Source: Eledone cirrhosa
Taxonomy: Eukaryota
DNA: 64,000 nt
Assembly (NCBI GenBank): GCA_964016885.1
Contig: OZ024743.1
Span: 369,396,001 to 369,460,000, forward strand
Direction: 5' to 3'
The translations under genes were made by a program, and so were the position numbers. Shown one piece after another: positions 1-13,906 of this stretch; position 1 is the stretch's first letter; each line of letters begins with the position of its first letter. Under the pieces are notes generated by a model. The model was not told the origin of the DNA. It saw only the letters and a list, made by a program, of their open reading frames with translations, and made no database searches.

Positions 1-517
1 GGACTGGGCATATTTATTGTAGCACCAGCACTCACACTTTACAGGGTGGACTGGGCGTATTGTTGCACCAGTACTACCATTTTATTGTGTGGGTTGAGTA
101 CATTTTATTGTAGCACTATCACTTACAGGGTGGACTTGGTGTATTTATTGTAGCACTAGTACTACAATTCACGACATTAGGGCAACCAGTTTGAGTAATT
201 AGATTTATAACAAAAAAAAATCTATTTAATCTCATTGCCATTTATGAAGGAGACAGAACAGAAACTATTTGATGTTCATGTTTTGTCCAACAGTTCAAGA
301 ACCTCATCTCTGTGTGGGTGTACACGTGTCATTTCAATATTAGATTTTAAAACTGATAAACTTGGCTTGCTGTGTTCTAAATATTTAAATAAACTAAATC
401 AATGTTACTTTTGATTGATTTAGTTCATTTTACATCTGTTTTTAGTTTTTTTTAAAAAGTACACTCCATCAATTTAACAACAGTAGTGTCAGCTGTTTAA
501 AATTCCTTTTTCTTTTC

Positions 518-597
518 ATTATTAGACATTTCTGTATTGTGAAGTGAATATGAATTATAATTCATATCCACTTCACAATACAGAAATGTTTAATAAT
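518..597. repeat. 80-bp near-perfect palindrome (40-bp arms, no spacer)
   Basis: Arm 518-557 attattagacatttctgtattgtgaagtgaatatgaatta is the reverse complement of 558-597 except G525:T590 and A547:C568. Confidence 0.9.
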
Positions 598-2031
598 TAT
601 TAATAACTAAATAAATTATATCATGAAAACAGGTTTGTCTCCGGCTTAGCCTTTTCCATTATTATAAAAATATAACCTTCTGCATCAGATCGTTTTTCTT
701 TAATGTCTGACAAATGGTTTCCTGTTTTGTTTGTTTTTTTGCCTTGTTCTTTGGATTATTGCTGCGTTTCCTTTTGATTATCCAGCCATGTATAATGAAA
801 TGGCATCAACTCATTATATTGTATTTATATTTTATTTCATTATTTTTGTTTTATCCCCCCCCCCCCTCCCCCTCCCATCGAGAATACTTTAGCACGCACA
901 CATAGACACACATATATATAGACACACATGCTCTCTAAAATAAATTTTTATCTTTTATTTGAATATTTTCTTTCATTTTACTTAATTTTTTCTTTTCATT
1001 TCCTCCACCAACTCCTCTCTGATTTTTTATTATTTTATTTTTCTATTTTTCTTTCCTTTTTCCGTATTTCTCCTAACTTTTTCTTTTCATCATTTTCTCT
1101 TCTCCCCAAGATCCTCGTTATTTCTCCTTTACTTTTACCTTTATGTCTTCTTATTCTTCTCTTTTGCCTCCTTTTTATTTTCTCTTATGTTTTCCCCACT
1201 CTCATATAGACACACAGACAAACTTGATATCATACATTATATTAAACTGTTCATTCAGGGGAATATAAAAGTTAAAAAAGACTAAAAAACTAGACCGAAT
1301 CCAAATGAAACCAAACCGGAAGGTTAAATAAACCCAGTACATAAATAGACTGTCTTTCCTAATAAACATGCAAGTCTTGTGTGTGTGTGTTTCGTGGTGG
1401 TGGTGGGGTCACTTCTAGATAATATTGTGCATAAAGAGATAAAGATTGCCCAACATAACCTCATGTAATCTCTTTGGAATTTCAAGCTTTAAAAAAAACT
1501 TGATAGCCATCTTAACGTGGGGTTTGAAGATAACAACAAGCAAAGCCAACAGAGAGAAGAGAGTCTGACTTTGACTATTTTATCTTGCTGTAACAAAAGA
1601 TGCTCCTATTTTGCTTCTTCTTTTCTTGCAAATCTCTATAATTAGGGTGGTTGGGAATGAAGAAGTACTTCTTTTGGGGTAAGAGGAGGGGAGAGTAATA
1701 ATAAGCTGTGTAATATGGCTTGGGAAGTAGGTTTTATTCATTCATTTATTTATTTTTACTTAGTTTTTCTTTTGGCTAAGTATGTATCACAATTGAACTA
1801 TTCTTTTTCAATTCTTCTCTTTTCATGTTGTTTGTTTATTTTGTTTGCTAGTTCGTTAAATAATTGTCTACCTTGAAGTTAACAGTTGTTGTCTACATTG
1901 TTTTGAATATGAATCTTTAGTTGGCAAATTGTATTGTTGGCAAAGTCCTTGAGTTAAACAGTTGGGAACTTTGTTCTAGATATCTGCATAGCTTTAGTCA
2001 GTTCTTATATTATTAAGTTACCATTTGTATG

Positions 2032-2170
2032 ACTACTACTACTGCTACTGCTGCTGCTACTAGTACTACTACTACTACTATTACCACCACCACCACCACC
2101 ACCACCACCACCACCACCACCACCACCACCACCACCACCACCACCACCACCACCACCACCACCACCACTA
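2032..2170. repeat. Compound trinucleotide microsatellite (ACT)n(GCT)n(ACC)n
   Basis: Directly visible. Confidence 0.95.
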
Positions 2171-2354
2171 CATAGTATTAGATATCTTCATAGTCACTTG
2201 TTCCATTTCTAAACCAACTTATTCTGTACATTGTATTGGATATCAGAATGGCTTAGTAAGTTGCTATATTGGGGCTTTGTTCACAAGGCAAAATTTTATA
2301 AAGGACTGTAGCAGAAAACATGTCAAAAAGGGATCAAGAAGGCTCTTGTATCTT

Positions 2355-2545
2355 GTTTTGAATCAAGGATGCATCAACCCCTTTAGAGAGCCCTTATGTT
2401 AGGTAAAGGGCACGGCAACCTCTTAAGAGGGCTTTCGCATTGAGTCAAGGGCCATACCAACTTCTTGAAATGACTCTTGCGTTGAGTCAAGGGCATGTCA
2501 ACTTCTTGAGAGGACTCTGACGTTTGATTAAGGGCACAACAAACC
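2355..2545. repeat. Degenerate ~42-bp tandem repeat (about 4-5 units)
   Basis: Recurring ttgagtcaagggca...caacttcttgaga..actct units. Confidence 0.65.
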
Positions 2546-2569
2546 CCAGTAATCTTTGTAAAGTCGTTT

Positions 2570-2815
2570 ATGATAGGATGAGTATCCAGCTATAGAAAAC
2601 TTACCAAACAATGGGTTGAGAGGAGTCTTCAGCTGTTCTAAAGACATGACAGCCTCTCTAGTATTGGTAATTTACACAATAAACACACTCAGTACACTCT
2701 GTACAGTGGCTGGTGATAGGAAGAGTATCCAACCATAGAAAACCTGCTACACAAAGAATCAAGATGGCTGTTATGCTGTCCCCAAAACATGACAACCTCC
2801 CTAGTGCTGGTATCA
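2570..2815 (+). repeat. Old dispersed repeat built from the SINE/RTE GGAAGGGCATCCAGC module; related copy at about 7415-7700
   Basis: Both loci share gacatgacagc.tctctagtattggt.at.taca..ataaacacac.ca.taca..ctgta.agt.g.tggtgata.gaag in units of about 140 bp. Confidence 0.55.
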
Positions 2816-3127
2816 TTCGTTCAGTAGAATGTGTGATTGCAGGTGAGTTAAGGGCTACTGGCCCGTCCGAGAATTCTATAAAGTACAGAAATGAGATTCA
2901 GCCCCCCCCCCCCCCCCCCCCCCCCCATCGCTAGGGGTTAGCTCGAGTACTGACCCTATCTGTTGACAACCTTTGCTAGCAGAGAAAGCAGACAATGATG
3001 AGGATGACTATTATGGTCAATAGATAAGAATGTCTTTTTTATTATGGACAAGACCAATATTTACAAGAGATGTGTTATAGTCAAAGGGATACGAAACAGG
3101 ATTTGACCAAAGATTATAAGGCAATTG

Positions 3128-3279
3128 CCGTATTTCCTGGCTTCGAAGACGCTACTTTTTTCCTAAAATAAGTTTCAAAAATCTACCATGCATCCTGGAA
3201 GCCGAAGGTTGTTTATTATTTTTTTTAAATATTTTTGGTTGTCAAAATTAGGGTGCATCCTCGAGGACAGGAAATATGA
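3128..3279. mobile_element. Tc2/pogo-like MITE
   Basis: Imperfect 25-bp TIRs CCGTATTTCCTGGCTTCGAAGACGC and GCATCCTCGAGGACAGGAAATATGA, with an internal subterminal copy near 3190. CCGTA-initiated TIRs are typical of Tc2-like elements. Confidence 0.65.
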
Positions 3280-4361
3280 TAATCTGATATTTTAATGTTT
3301 CTTCTTAACTAGTATTAAGAAAAAAATGTTAAAATATCATAAATCAGTATATTTGGGAGGATCTTGGGGGCAGAGTCCTGAAGTATTCCTTCCAGTGGGT
3401 CCTGTCAGAAGCAACATACTTAAATTGATCTGGCTGGATCCCCAAGCAAGACCAACTGAGCTCATGGATGTTATCCAACCACCTTGGTTTTACCCATATC
3501 ATGATATTGTTGAGCTTCTAATTTATACTTATTCACCATAGTAAATTGTTAGTGGGAGATAGTAGTAGTACTGTCTTTTGTTTGGGGGATGTAGAAGTTG
3601 TAATGTCTGTAGTTTGTGGGATGTCGGGGATATTCTCAAACTACCAAGTTAAAGAGAAGTTGGCATTGTGGGAGTTGTTATATGGTGATTGAAGCTTAGC
3701 TGATTACTGGGTTGTGGGTGGAAATACACAGTAGAGAAACAGTATCACTAGACAACTGTTCTTTGACATGTAGTACTTTATTGAATGCTGTAAAAGTGAG
3801 AGACAGAGTGCCTGGTGCCATTGTCTTAGTTTCAGTTGAAATTGGTGTTTGTCATCAGCAAGTTCTAGAATTCAGTGTAGTAGTAAGAGAAGCAGGGAGA
3901 GGACTAAGTATAATAATGGATCTTTCTATCTTTATTATCTTGGATATCAGCAAAACTTTCCAGTGGTATAAGATTTTACATTATGTCCATCCATGAGTCA
4001 TATTCTTTGTATTATTGGAACATAACTTTACAATGGTTATTACATAAAATTATGATGAAGGCTTTTTGATAAATAAAAAACAGTTTTGAATAAATTAAAG
4101 ACGGTTTCTGGCCGTTTAGTAAAAAAAGGGTAAAGGTTTATGCAAACAGCTATACAAACAGCTTAAATTAAACAGTTTTGTAAATTAGAATCAAGGACAG
4201 TTTCTGGCAATTTGACATCAAAGGGGTTAGCAGTTAGCACAGTATTATAGTTGCCAACATTATTTTAAAACATAAATCTAGTTGGACTAATTGGTTACTT
4301 GTTACATTGTGATCATAGAAACTAATATCTCAACCTTATTTGTAGATCTGAATAAGATTAA

Positions 4362-4582
4362 CTCTTTAGCATTTAAACCAGTCATATCCAGCCAGAATTC
4401 TCTCACCTCTTTCTGTTCAAACCGGCCATAACCGGTTGCTCATACTGATGTTAAGGTATTGGTCTCAAAATAAATAGTATCAAAGTCTCATAGATCTGAT
4501 ATTATGGGAGATATTTATGTGAGATAAATTATTTACTGTGAAAATACAATAGTAAATATAGAGTAATGTAAATGCTAAAGGG
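4362..4582. mobile_element. piggyBac-type MITE
   Basis: TTAA at 4358-4361 and 4583-4586 flanks 14-bp TIRs CTCTTTAGCATTTA and TAAATGCTAAAGGG (1 mismatch). Confidence 0.8.
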
Positions 4583-5832
4583 TTAAAGAAATTGAAGATT
4601 ACGCAATGAAAGTAAATTTCATCTAGAATACTCCTTACTTGGGAAAACAAATCTTTTTCTCTTTATCTAAAAAGCTGAAAGTATTAAATGCTGTTTTTTT
4701 CTTTTTTTTAAAGATTAAATTTAGATTAAATTAAAAAAAAAAATGTTATGGCCCCATTCTTGTGCTTCAGGTTCAACATGAAATAAAAAATTGACGTAAC
4801 TTGGCAATATCTTGTTTCATTTAATTTTCATTATAGTTGAGTGGAAATTATTTGTCGCAGAAGATATTGAATAAATTTGAATTAAATCAACTGAGAATTC
4901 TGCCTAATTCCTTGTGATATTATTGTTATTATCTCTGATATTCTTTATAGTGATATCATTACTGTTATCTTTGATATTCAATAGCATGTTGTCTTTTAAA
5001 AAAAGTATTGAAATATTTTATAAAAGCTTCAATAATTTGTCTTTAAATGCTCAACTCAAGAAATGTGTAGTTTTTATTTAGTTAGTGTATACGTTTATGT
5101 TTCTCTCTCCAGCTTTTGAATTATTGTCTGTCCAATCTCTATTTTCTTGCTTCTCTAGCATATGAGCAAAAATACTATTGTATTAAAGTTGTTATGAAGC
5201 TGCAGTGCTTTTGAGGTTGGCAGAGAGGGTGGATGGAAGAAAAGTGGTGCTAGTGAAAACATTTTTCTTTCTTGCTTTCTATTTTTTCTTTCTATCTTTA
5301 TTTGTTTACTTTTACTTTATTCTTATTTTTAAATTGGTCTTTTCTCTGCATTTTATATTTTTCTGCTGACAGAACCATTCTTGTTTTGATTCTCTGATTC
5401 AGAATGCCAGAGATACTGACTGATGTACAGATTGGATTGTTGCAATATGTTGCTATTGATTCTTAGATGTTGTCTCCCACTAAACTGTCCCTGCAGTACT
5501 CTACATAATGCCTCTTCACCCCACTCCACCTGCTTTTTCTTCCATGTACTGACTGAACCAGTTAGATATTTGAAATTATTAGTGGTCTGTGTACATGTGT
5601 GTTGTTGCTGAAGAACTAAGATTATGGATGTGTTTAATAAGTTGGACGAGGATCGGAGTATAAATATGTTTTGGGTATATATTTTTTTTCAGCTTTATTT
5701 TCTAAGAATACAGTAAATGGATAAATAGATGGGTATATACATGGATAGACAGATGGCTATATACATAAGTTTGATATGTTCTATTGTACATTTATATCAT
5801 TAGATATATATGTATGTATATATGTCATTACC

Positions 5833-5872
<40 letters not shown>

Positions 5873-6279
5873 AGGCTAGCTTTCTAATGAATAGTATACA
5901 TAAGAGACAAGCATAGCATGAACATATTTTTAATCCTTCTATTAAAAATTGATGTTATATTTAAACATTTTGAAGATTTGATAAAAGTAAAATACGATTT
6001 AAAAATTACTTTTCGAGACTACTAACTTCATTTATGGAGTATATATTTACAATATTTTCATTTACATTATTATTACTTTTTTTCTTTCGATTACTAAACA
6101 TCATGTCCTAAATTAGCACATGGTTCCATACTGAAACCTCTATTTTCAAATTATTATCAGTTTAGAAATAAATGTTGCTAGTTAGCATCTCTTCTGGAAG
6201 TATGTATAGTATCCAGGAACGGGACACACACAATGATTGGAAATCTAAATGTGAGGTTGGGATTTGAATAGTGGTTTCT

Positions 6280-6485
6280 GATTTAGGTACAGGGCTAACA
6301 ATTTTGGAGGAGGGGGAAAGTCGATTAAATCGACCCCAGTGCATTACTGGTACTTTATTTTATCAGCCCTGTAAGGATGAAAGGCAAAGCTAACCTCGTC
6401 AGAATTTGAAATCAGAATGTAAAAAGGCATAGCTACATGCTGCGAAGCATTATGTCCAACATCCTACTGACACTGCCAATCCAAC
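6280..6485 (-). mobile_element. tRNA-derived SINE family A, diverged copy
   Basis: Reverse complement of the 8168 and 33481 copies (ggtactttattttatc...ggatgaaaggcaaag...aatttgaa.tcagaa). Confidence 0.8.
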
Positions 6486-7788
6486 ACCCTCAATATTGAT
6501 TTAAATAATAAACATTGTAAATGTGTATATACTAAAATGTATATATGAGATAGTGTCTATGTGTGTACAGTTAAATGTATATATGTGAAAGAGAGAGATA
6601 GTGTGGATGTGTGAGTAAGTTAGTGTGTATGTGTACACTAAAATGTATGTGTGTGTGTGAGGTAGTGTGTGTATGTGTACACCTAAGATGTGTGTGTGTG
6701 TACACTAAAATGTGTGTGTGTGTGAGGTAGTGGTGTGTGAGGTAGTGTGTGTATTCTAGATAAACTCTTAAGGAAAAATGAATCTTTATAGCAACAGTTC
6801 ATCTCAGAGACATCTATAGATTTAAAAATCACCAGTGTTTCCTGGGAAATAAACTTTAAACCTAAACCCTAATTAGGAACTCTTTTATGACTAGATTATT
6901 TATTTGTTACTTTTTGTGTGTGTGTGTGTGTGGTGGTGGTGGTGGGTTTACAGAGTATTGCCATTTAAATGTCATATTTTGTGTAGTAGTTACAATGCCA
7001 ACTTTTTTGTTAATTTGGCCAATTAGCATAATAAAAGATTTGTTGCAAGTAGTCAAATATAAAGTTATTTTGTTATCTTGAGAATTTTGAATCATTATTG
7101 AATTAATTGATCAGCTGTATTACTACTGTTTAGTTCATGTATGTTTTCATCTTTCCTGCTCTGTCTTTCTCCACCAAACTATTCATTCATTGATTTTTTT
7201 TCAGTCAGTTCAGTGCTCTGCTGTAAGCTCACCCTCCTCCCATTATCTGCTATGCAGCTACATAAACTGCAGCAGGAATAGTTCAGTTCTTTGCTCAAGG
7301 ACAAGTGCAATGTTGCTATTAAAATAAGAACGTATGACCCATGAGCAAGGAAGGTCAACATCCTATTCATTTGTCTACTGTATCTGACCTGAGTTCTTCC
7401 TTTAGATATATTAATATTGGTGATCTACATGATAAGCACACACAGTGTACATTATAAAGTGGTTGGCTACAGGAAGAGCACCCTGCTGTAGAAACCATGC
7501 CAAACAAAGGTTTGGGAGGAACCTTCAGTTGTGTCAAGGACATGACAGCTTCTCTAGTATTGGTGATCTACATGATAAACACACCCAATACATGCTGTAA
7601 AGTAGTTGGTGATAAGAAGTGAGGAACCTGTCGTAGAAAGCTTGCCAAACATAAGGTTGGGAGGACCCTTCAATTGAGTCAGACTTGACAACTTCTACTG
7701 TGCACTCAATTGAATGTAAGACTGATTATATCTACTATCTGAGTGATTCTGTTGATATTCTGTACATATATATGTATTTATATATATA

Positions 7789-8130
7789 GAGGCACATGGC
7801 TTAGTGGTTAGAGCATTGGCCTTGCAATTGAAAGGTTGTGAGTTCAATTATCAGACCGGGTGATGTGTTGTTTCCTTGAGCAAGACACTTTATTTCACAT
7901 TGCTCCAGTTTACTCAGCTGTAGAAATGAGATGATAGGGACTGGGGTCCCTATCATTCCACTGCAAAGTGGTCATGGAGGTGCCACGGCAAAAAAACACC
8001 CAGCACTCACTGTAAATGAGGTTGGTGTTAGGAAGGGCATCCAGCTGTAGAAATCAAGCCAGAATCAGTTCCCGTCCCACCCTTGCAAGCAGGGAAAAAG
8101 CGGACGTAAAGTGAAATGATGAAATGAATG
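7789..8130 (+). mobile_element. tRNA-derived SINE family B (tRNA head, CORE-like body, RTE-derived tail)
   Basis: Pol III A box TGGCTTAGTGG, B box GAGTTCAATT, CORE-like ccttgagcaagacacttt, and 3' end cccacccttgcaagcagggaaaa-gcggacgtaaa(ATG)n. Multiple near-identical copies in the window. Confidence 0.9.
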
Positions 8131-8167
8131 AAACTAATCTTCTCCTAAAGTTACCCATTGTTGTGAT

Positions 8168-8348
8168 TTGGCAGTATCGGTCGAGGGTTGGACGCCATGC
8201 TTTCTAGCATAGTTACGTCCCTTTACATTCTGAGTTCAAATCCCGCCGAGGTTAACTTTGCCTTTCATCCTTACGGGGTCGATAAAATAAAGTACCAGTA
8301 ATGTACTGGGTAATTGCTGGCCTTGTGCCTAAAGTAGAAACAATTATT
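8168..8348 (+). mobile_element. tRNA-derived SINE family A (Meta-domain-like body)
   Basis: B box GAGTTCAAATCCC followed by ctttgcctttcatccttacggggtcgataaaataaagtaccag. Nearly identical to 33481-33668. Domain name is from recall, not a search. Confidence 0.85.
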
Positions 8349-8739
8349 TACTTCTGGAATCTCCCTCCCCCCATCTCTCTCATACATTGTTTATACGCTT
8401 ACATCTTCTCACCCCACCGCCCTCTCTCCGTAAATATAAAATAAACTTTGTAGGGTACTAAGCCAGAATTTATCTAACTTTGCTGCCGAATTGTTGATTT
8501 GAGAAATGTAAGCACTCCATTTTTGTCGTCTTTCCCTTTTTTGTAGTCCATTTGGCCTTCAATACTTAAACTGTTATTTATGTTTGTTAACTTAGAATCT
8601 AATCTCTTTTTTCTCTCTCAGATTTTCATTCATACTCAAATCTTTCTATTGTTATCTTTACTATTTCATACGTTTTTAATAATATGCCTAAATCTGTTGG
8701 ACCCTTTCTAGAAACTAATCTTCTCCTAAAGTTACCCAT

Positions 8740-11700
8740 TCCCCTCGCCCCCACGCACCACCATTGCTATTTAGTCCAATCATAACTCAGCAGTTTATAG
8801 TAAGTTCTCTTACCAATCTCTATCACAAAGCCACCGCCTCGGCTATTACTCCTTAAGTTTAGACCTGGTTGCTTTTCGATGTGCTAGATGGACTATGGAA
8901 TTTGGAGATTCTGAACACTCAATGACAATGTCACAGATAAAGATAAATTCACCTGCCGCTTCAGGACGAGAATGCAAGGACTCTTCTTTATTTCAGACAT
9001 GGATGACTAACATAATTCCGTCTCCCACATCCTTCCCTGTGCCTTCAACCCATCCCTTCCAACCACCCAACATAATCCCAAACTTCAGAGTGGGTACCAT
9101 GAATGTAGGCACATTGAAAGGTCGCTCTAACGAGGTTGTAGAGATGCTTAAACGTAAGGAAGTTGATGTTTGTTGTGTTCAAGAGCCCAGGTGGAAGTGA
9201 GGGTCTGCTAGATTCATTGTGTGTAAAAATCGATGCTATAAACTTTTCTGGGTGGGAAATGATAATGGGCTGAGTGGAGTAGGAATTATGTTAGCAGAAA
9301 AATGGGTAGATAAGATAATTGCCATAAATAGAGTGAACGACAAAATAATTAAAATAAGACTAGTTCTATATAGAACTACTGTGACAGTAATATTCGCTTA
9401 TGCACCCCTATCTGGCTTACTTGACGTTATAAAAGACAGGCTCTATAAGTTGCTAATGCTCCCTACCTCCCAAATAACCGAAAGTGACTACATAATATTG
9501 CTGGCGACCTTAATGGTCATGTTGGATAATATTGTGATGGCTATGATGGAATCCATGGAAGCTATGGGTTTGGTACTAGAAATGAGGAAGGCTTCAGAAT
9601 CCTGGAATTCTGTGACGTTAATAACCTAACTATCTGTAACACAAACTTCAAAAAACGAGACAATTGCTTGATCCCCTATAGATCAGGGAAACACGCCAGT
9701 CAGATAGATTATATCCTTACTAGAAGATGTGACAGAGTGTTTGTTGTAAACACTAAGTCCCTCCCCCATGAAGAATGCACCTCCCAACAAAGCCTAATAG
9801 TTAGGGACCTCATAGTCAGGGCTAGACGAACTCGATGACAGAGCAGGACTACTTTGAGGACAAGAATATGAAAGTTGAATAACCCCACAGCCAGTAACAA
9901 ATTTAAAAGCATATTACTTGATGCTTTTGACAGTAAGGTGGAGCAATTAGAGACGTACAATATAGAGGAACAGTGGGAATTTTTGAAAGTTAACCTACTG
10001 AAGGCGACAGATGAAATCTGTGGGTGGAGCAGACCTATAGGCAGGAGAAGAGTAACTAGATGGTGGAACAGTAAAGTGGAGGAGACAATCAAGGCCAAAA
10101 AGCAGGCTTGGAAAGTATGGCGGGATGGGGGAAGTAGGGAACACTATCAAGTGGCTAGGAAGGAAGCTAGGAGACAAGTGTACTTCGCAAGAAGGGAAGC
10201 AGAGGATAGAAAGTTCAAGCATGTTATACAACGCGAGGACCAAAAACGTGAGATGTTCAAGATTGCAAGACAATGTGACAAGGAAAAGTGACAAGGAAAA
10301 CCGTGATATTGTAGGGAAATGTGTGTCCGTAATGATGATGGTGTACTTGCCCTCACTGATACTGATAAGGAGGTAGCTTGGAAGTGTCATTAGAAGAGTC
10401 TACTAAATGAGGAGAATAAATGGTAAAAAGATAATCTGCCCCAAATCGATCCAATAGAGGGACCAGCGGTGCAAGTTAATGTTAGTATAATAAGTAAGGC
10501 AATCAAAGACATGAAGACAGGCAAGGCGGCTGGGTCTTCAGAGGTAATTGCTGAGATGTTGAAAGCATCTGGAACAGTGGGACATACTATGGTCACCCGG
10601 ATAGTAAACCAAGTAATACAGAATGGGGTCATACCAAAGGACTGGCATAGTAGCATTATCGTTAACTGCTACAAGGGTAAAGGAGATGCTCTAGATAGGG
10701 GAAATTATAGAGGCATTAAGTTAGTTGACCAGGTCGTGAAGGTCACAGAAAGAGTTATAGCACAACTAATCAGAGATCGAATTGATCTAGATGAAATGCA
10801 GTTTGGGTTTGTGTCAGGTAAAAGTACCACAGATGCTCTTTTCCTTGTATGACAACTACAGAAGTACCTAGCTAAAAGTAAACCTCTTTACTTAGCTTTT
10901 GTTAATTTGGAGAAAGCCTTTGACGCTCTATTATCTGGTGAGCCCTTAGAAAACTAGGAGTAGATGAATGGCATGTGAGAGCTATACAAGCCATGTATAA
11001 AGAAACAGTCAGCAAGGTTAGAATTAACAATGAATATAGTGAAAACTTTAGCATAAAAGCTGGTGTTCATCAAGGCTGTCCTTAGCTCCCTCCTGTTTAT
11101 TATTGCCCTTCAGGCTATAACAGAGGAGTTTAAGACCGGCTGCCTATGGAATGATCTAACTCTCATAGCTGAATCTATGGCTGAACTAGAGAAGAAATTC
11201 CAAACATGGAAGCATGGCCTAGAATCAAAAGGCCTTAAAGTTAACTTGTCTAAGACTAAAGTTCTAGTATGTAGAAAGGAAAATAGGGCACAGGTCCCCT
11301 CTGGGAAATGGCCATGGTCAGTGTGTAGGATAGAAGTAGGTAGAAATTCCATTCTATGTCCCAAATGCAAAGTATGGGTGCATAAAAGATGTAGTGGAAT
11401 CACAGGTAAACTATCTAAGAACTAAGATTTTATATGTGGCTGATGCTCAGGTGCAATAAGTAGCAAGAGCCCACAGGATACTAACTCCTTCTATTGCCCA
11501 GATGGTTCTATAGAAATAGTAGACACTTTCCGTTACCTGGGTGACAAAATCAGCAGTGGTGGAGGGTGTTCTGAAAGTACAGTAGCCAGAGTCAGAACAG
11601 GATGGAAAAAGTTCAGAGAGCTTATACCACTGTTGGCCACAAAAGCCTACTCTCTAAATATGAAAGGCAGATTGTATGATGCTTGTATACGAACAGCAAT

Positions 11701-12400
11701 GTTACATAGCAGTGAGACATGGGCATTGTGTGCAGAGAACCTGCGCAGACTGGAAAGGAACGAAGCATGCATGCTCCGTTGGATGTGTAATACACGAACG
11801 GCAAAACATAAATGAATTAAGTGAGCAGTTAGGAATAAGAGGATCAGATGGTGTTTACTTGAGAGAAGATTATGTTGGTATGGTCACGTGATGCGCATGA
11901 ATGATGACACCTGTATAAAAAAGTGCAGAGCGATCAAAATTGATGGAAGTTACGGAGAAGGTAGACCCAGAAAAACCTGGGACGACATGATAAATTCTGA
12001 TCTTGCACACTTGCACCTCTCTAAGACAATGTCACTGGATCGAAATCTCTGGCACCATGCAGTAATACAGAAGACCCGCCTTCTCTACGTGCAAAGTTAA
12101 CCTACAGTTAGTAGGCCCATCCAGCCCAAACACACACCCCAACCCACTACCACTACTCCATCCTTCCACTCCTGCCAACACCACCCCTTTCTTTATAAAG
12201 TTATGTTGGTACCACAACATCCAGTCCGAACTAATGAAGTCATGTAGGTGTCAGGACGAAAAAAAAAAAAACACAGTCGACACTGTAATGTGGCCGTGTA
12301 GGTAACACGGTAAAAACCTCCCAGTCCACACTGTAAATGTGGTTGATGTTAGGAAGGGTATCCAGCCGTAGAAAACCTGCCAGATAGTCCTATACGAGCT
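8740..12400 (+). pseudogene. Degraded near-full-length RTE-clade LINE, family 1
   Basis: Broken ORFs 8895-12100 are colinear with the intact ORF at 36382-39663: APE motifs (GTMNVGTL, VCCVQE), RT ([17 protein letters not shown]), PHD-like finger and C-terminal GRPRKTW. Many stops and frameshifts. 3' UTR matches family 1. Confidence 0.93.
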
Positions 12401-13479
12401 AGATATGGTCACCATTCTGTTACCTCTGCAATTACTCTAGATATATATATATATATTTTTGAAGAAGAATACATTAGTTGGCTATTTGGCATTTTAAATT
12501 GTTGATAGATGTATATTTTACTAATATATGGTTATATCTAAAGATTGATGATACATTCTTTTTAACTCTTATGAAATAAAGAAAAGCAAAACTGCAATGT
12601 TTAAATAGCAATTACTGTGCTTACCAATTTGATAAAATGAAAATAAACTATGTCACATGCAATTTCACAAATGTATAGCCATATATACACACTATTTAGT
12701 ATGGATATGTACGAAAACATAGTTACACATCTCACAAAACTTATTTTACCTAACAAAGTCATCTGAAAACGATCAGGAAATAAAGGTTATACTAGTGTTC
12801 TAATGCCAAAGCAGTTCAATATAGATTTAGTATTGCGTCATTTGCTGTTTGAAAGTTACCATCATCATCATGTTTATAACATCTATTTAACTGACATGGA
12901 TTAGATGGATTGTCATGTTATAAGCTTCGACAGGTCAGCTGATTAAATATTGCTCAAAGGATCCATTTTTTTTTGGCTTAATTTTCTGTGACTGGTTATT
13001 CTTCTTAATGCCAACCACCTTACAGGGTGGACCAGATACTTTTTGTTGTGTGAAAGATGATTGATATTTCAATGTAGAAAGGGATAAAGGTGTGTAATAT
13101 ATATTTGAGTATTGAAATAATTCAATTTAATGTAGTAGCTTGGAATGTTTATACTTAAGAAACGTGGGTGTAATGATTTAACAGAAAATGTCTAAAAATG
13201 GGCTTGTTAATTTGAATGAGGCCAAATACTTGTGAAAATTTGCAGTATTAGATTTAATTTCTAACATGATGCAGCCATAGTGCCATTTTCTACTTTTCAA
13301 GAATGCCTTGCTAATGTGGTTTCATGTGGTATAGGATGTTAAGAGTTAAGTAAAAACGAGCTTTGATAAAGTTTTGTGACAACGGAAAGAAAAGAAATGA
13401 TGTAGTTATGGCTGACAAATTAAAGTTAGGTTATAGTTGAAAAGAAACCATTTTGCAAATATTTTCAGTCCATCTTACA

Positions 13480-13700
13480 TGGGTATGTATGTATGAACCC
13501 GTAACTTCTATTGGAGTTGTAGGGGTGCTGTATTAACATACAGCATTTCCACAGCATTTTAAAACCTGGCGGTGCCCTTATTCTCAACCGTGAATGAAAG
13601 GCAAAGTTGACCTCAGTGAGATTTGAACTCAGTGAGCAGAGAGCTGAAATGGTTACTGCAAAGCATGATACCTGATATTCTAATGACTGCCAATTTGCCA
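13480..13700 (-). mobile_element. Diverged SINE A-related copy with a different 3' part and (CATA)n tail; related fragment at about 44695-44815
   Basis: gatgaaaggcaaagttgacctc-like core is preceded by tatgtatgtatgaaccc...ggagttgtaggggtgc...aaacctggc, which recurs at 44.7 kb. Confidence 0.6.
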
Positions 13701-13862
13701 TAAGTTACATTAAAAACATAAATATTATAATGTCTGGTTTGAAAAACTATCCCATAAGTGACTAAAAGGGTTCAAATCTGGAAGGACATTTGGCAGTGAA
13801 ACATTGTCTTAAAGCATCCCATCCAAATATCATACCAGTATGGAAAAGTGGATATAAAAATG

Positions 13863-13902
<40 letters not shown>

Positions 13903-13906
13903 GTAT

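Noticed and set aside
714-1209. Hydrophobic F/L-rich ORFs resembling membrane proteins
   Set aside because: Translation of T/C-rich low-complexity DNA with no splice or codon evidence.
7204-7332. Possible upstream non-coding exon (ttttttttcag...GTATGA), and another near 5403
   Set aside because: Splice-like signals are common in this AT-rich DNA and there is no independent support.
7789-7860. tRNA genes at SINE heads
   Set aside because: A and B boxes are present, but each head runs into a SINE body with no proper acceptor stem or T-run terminator.
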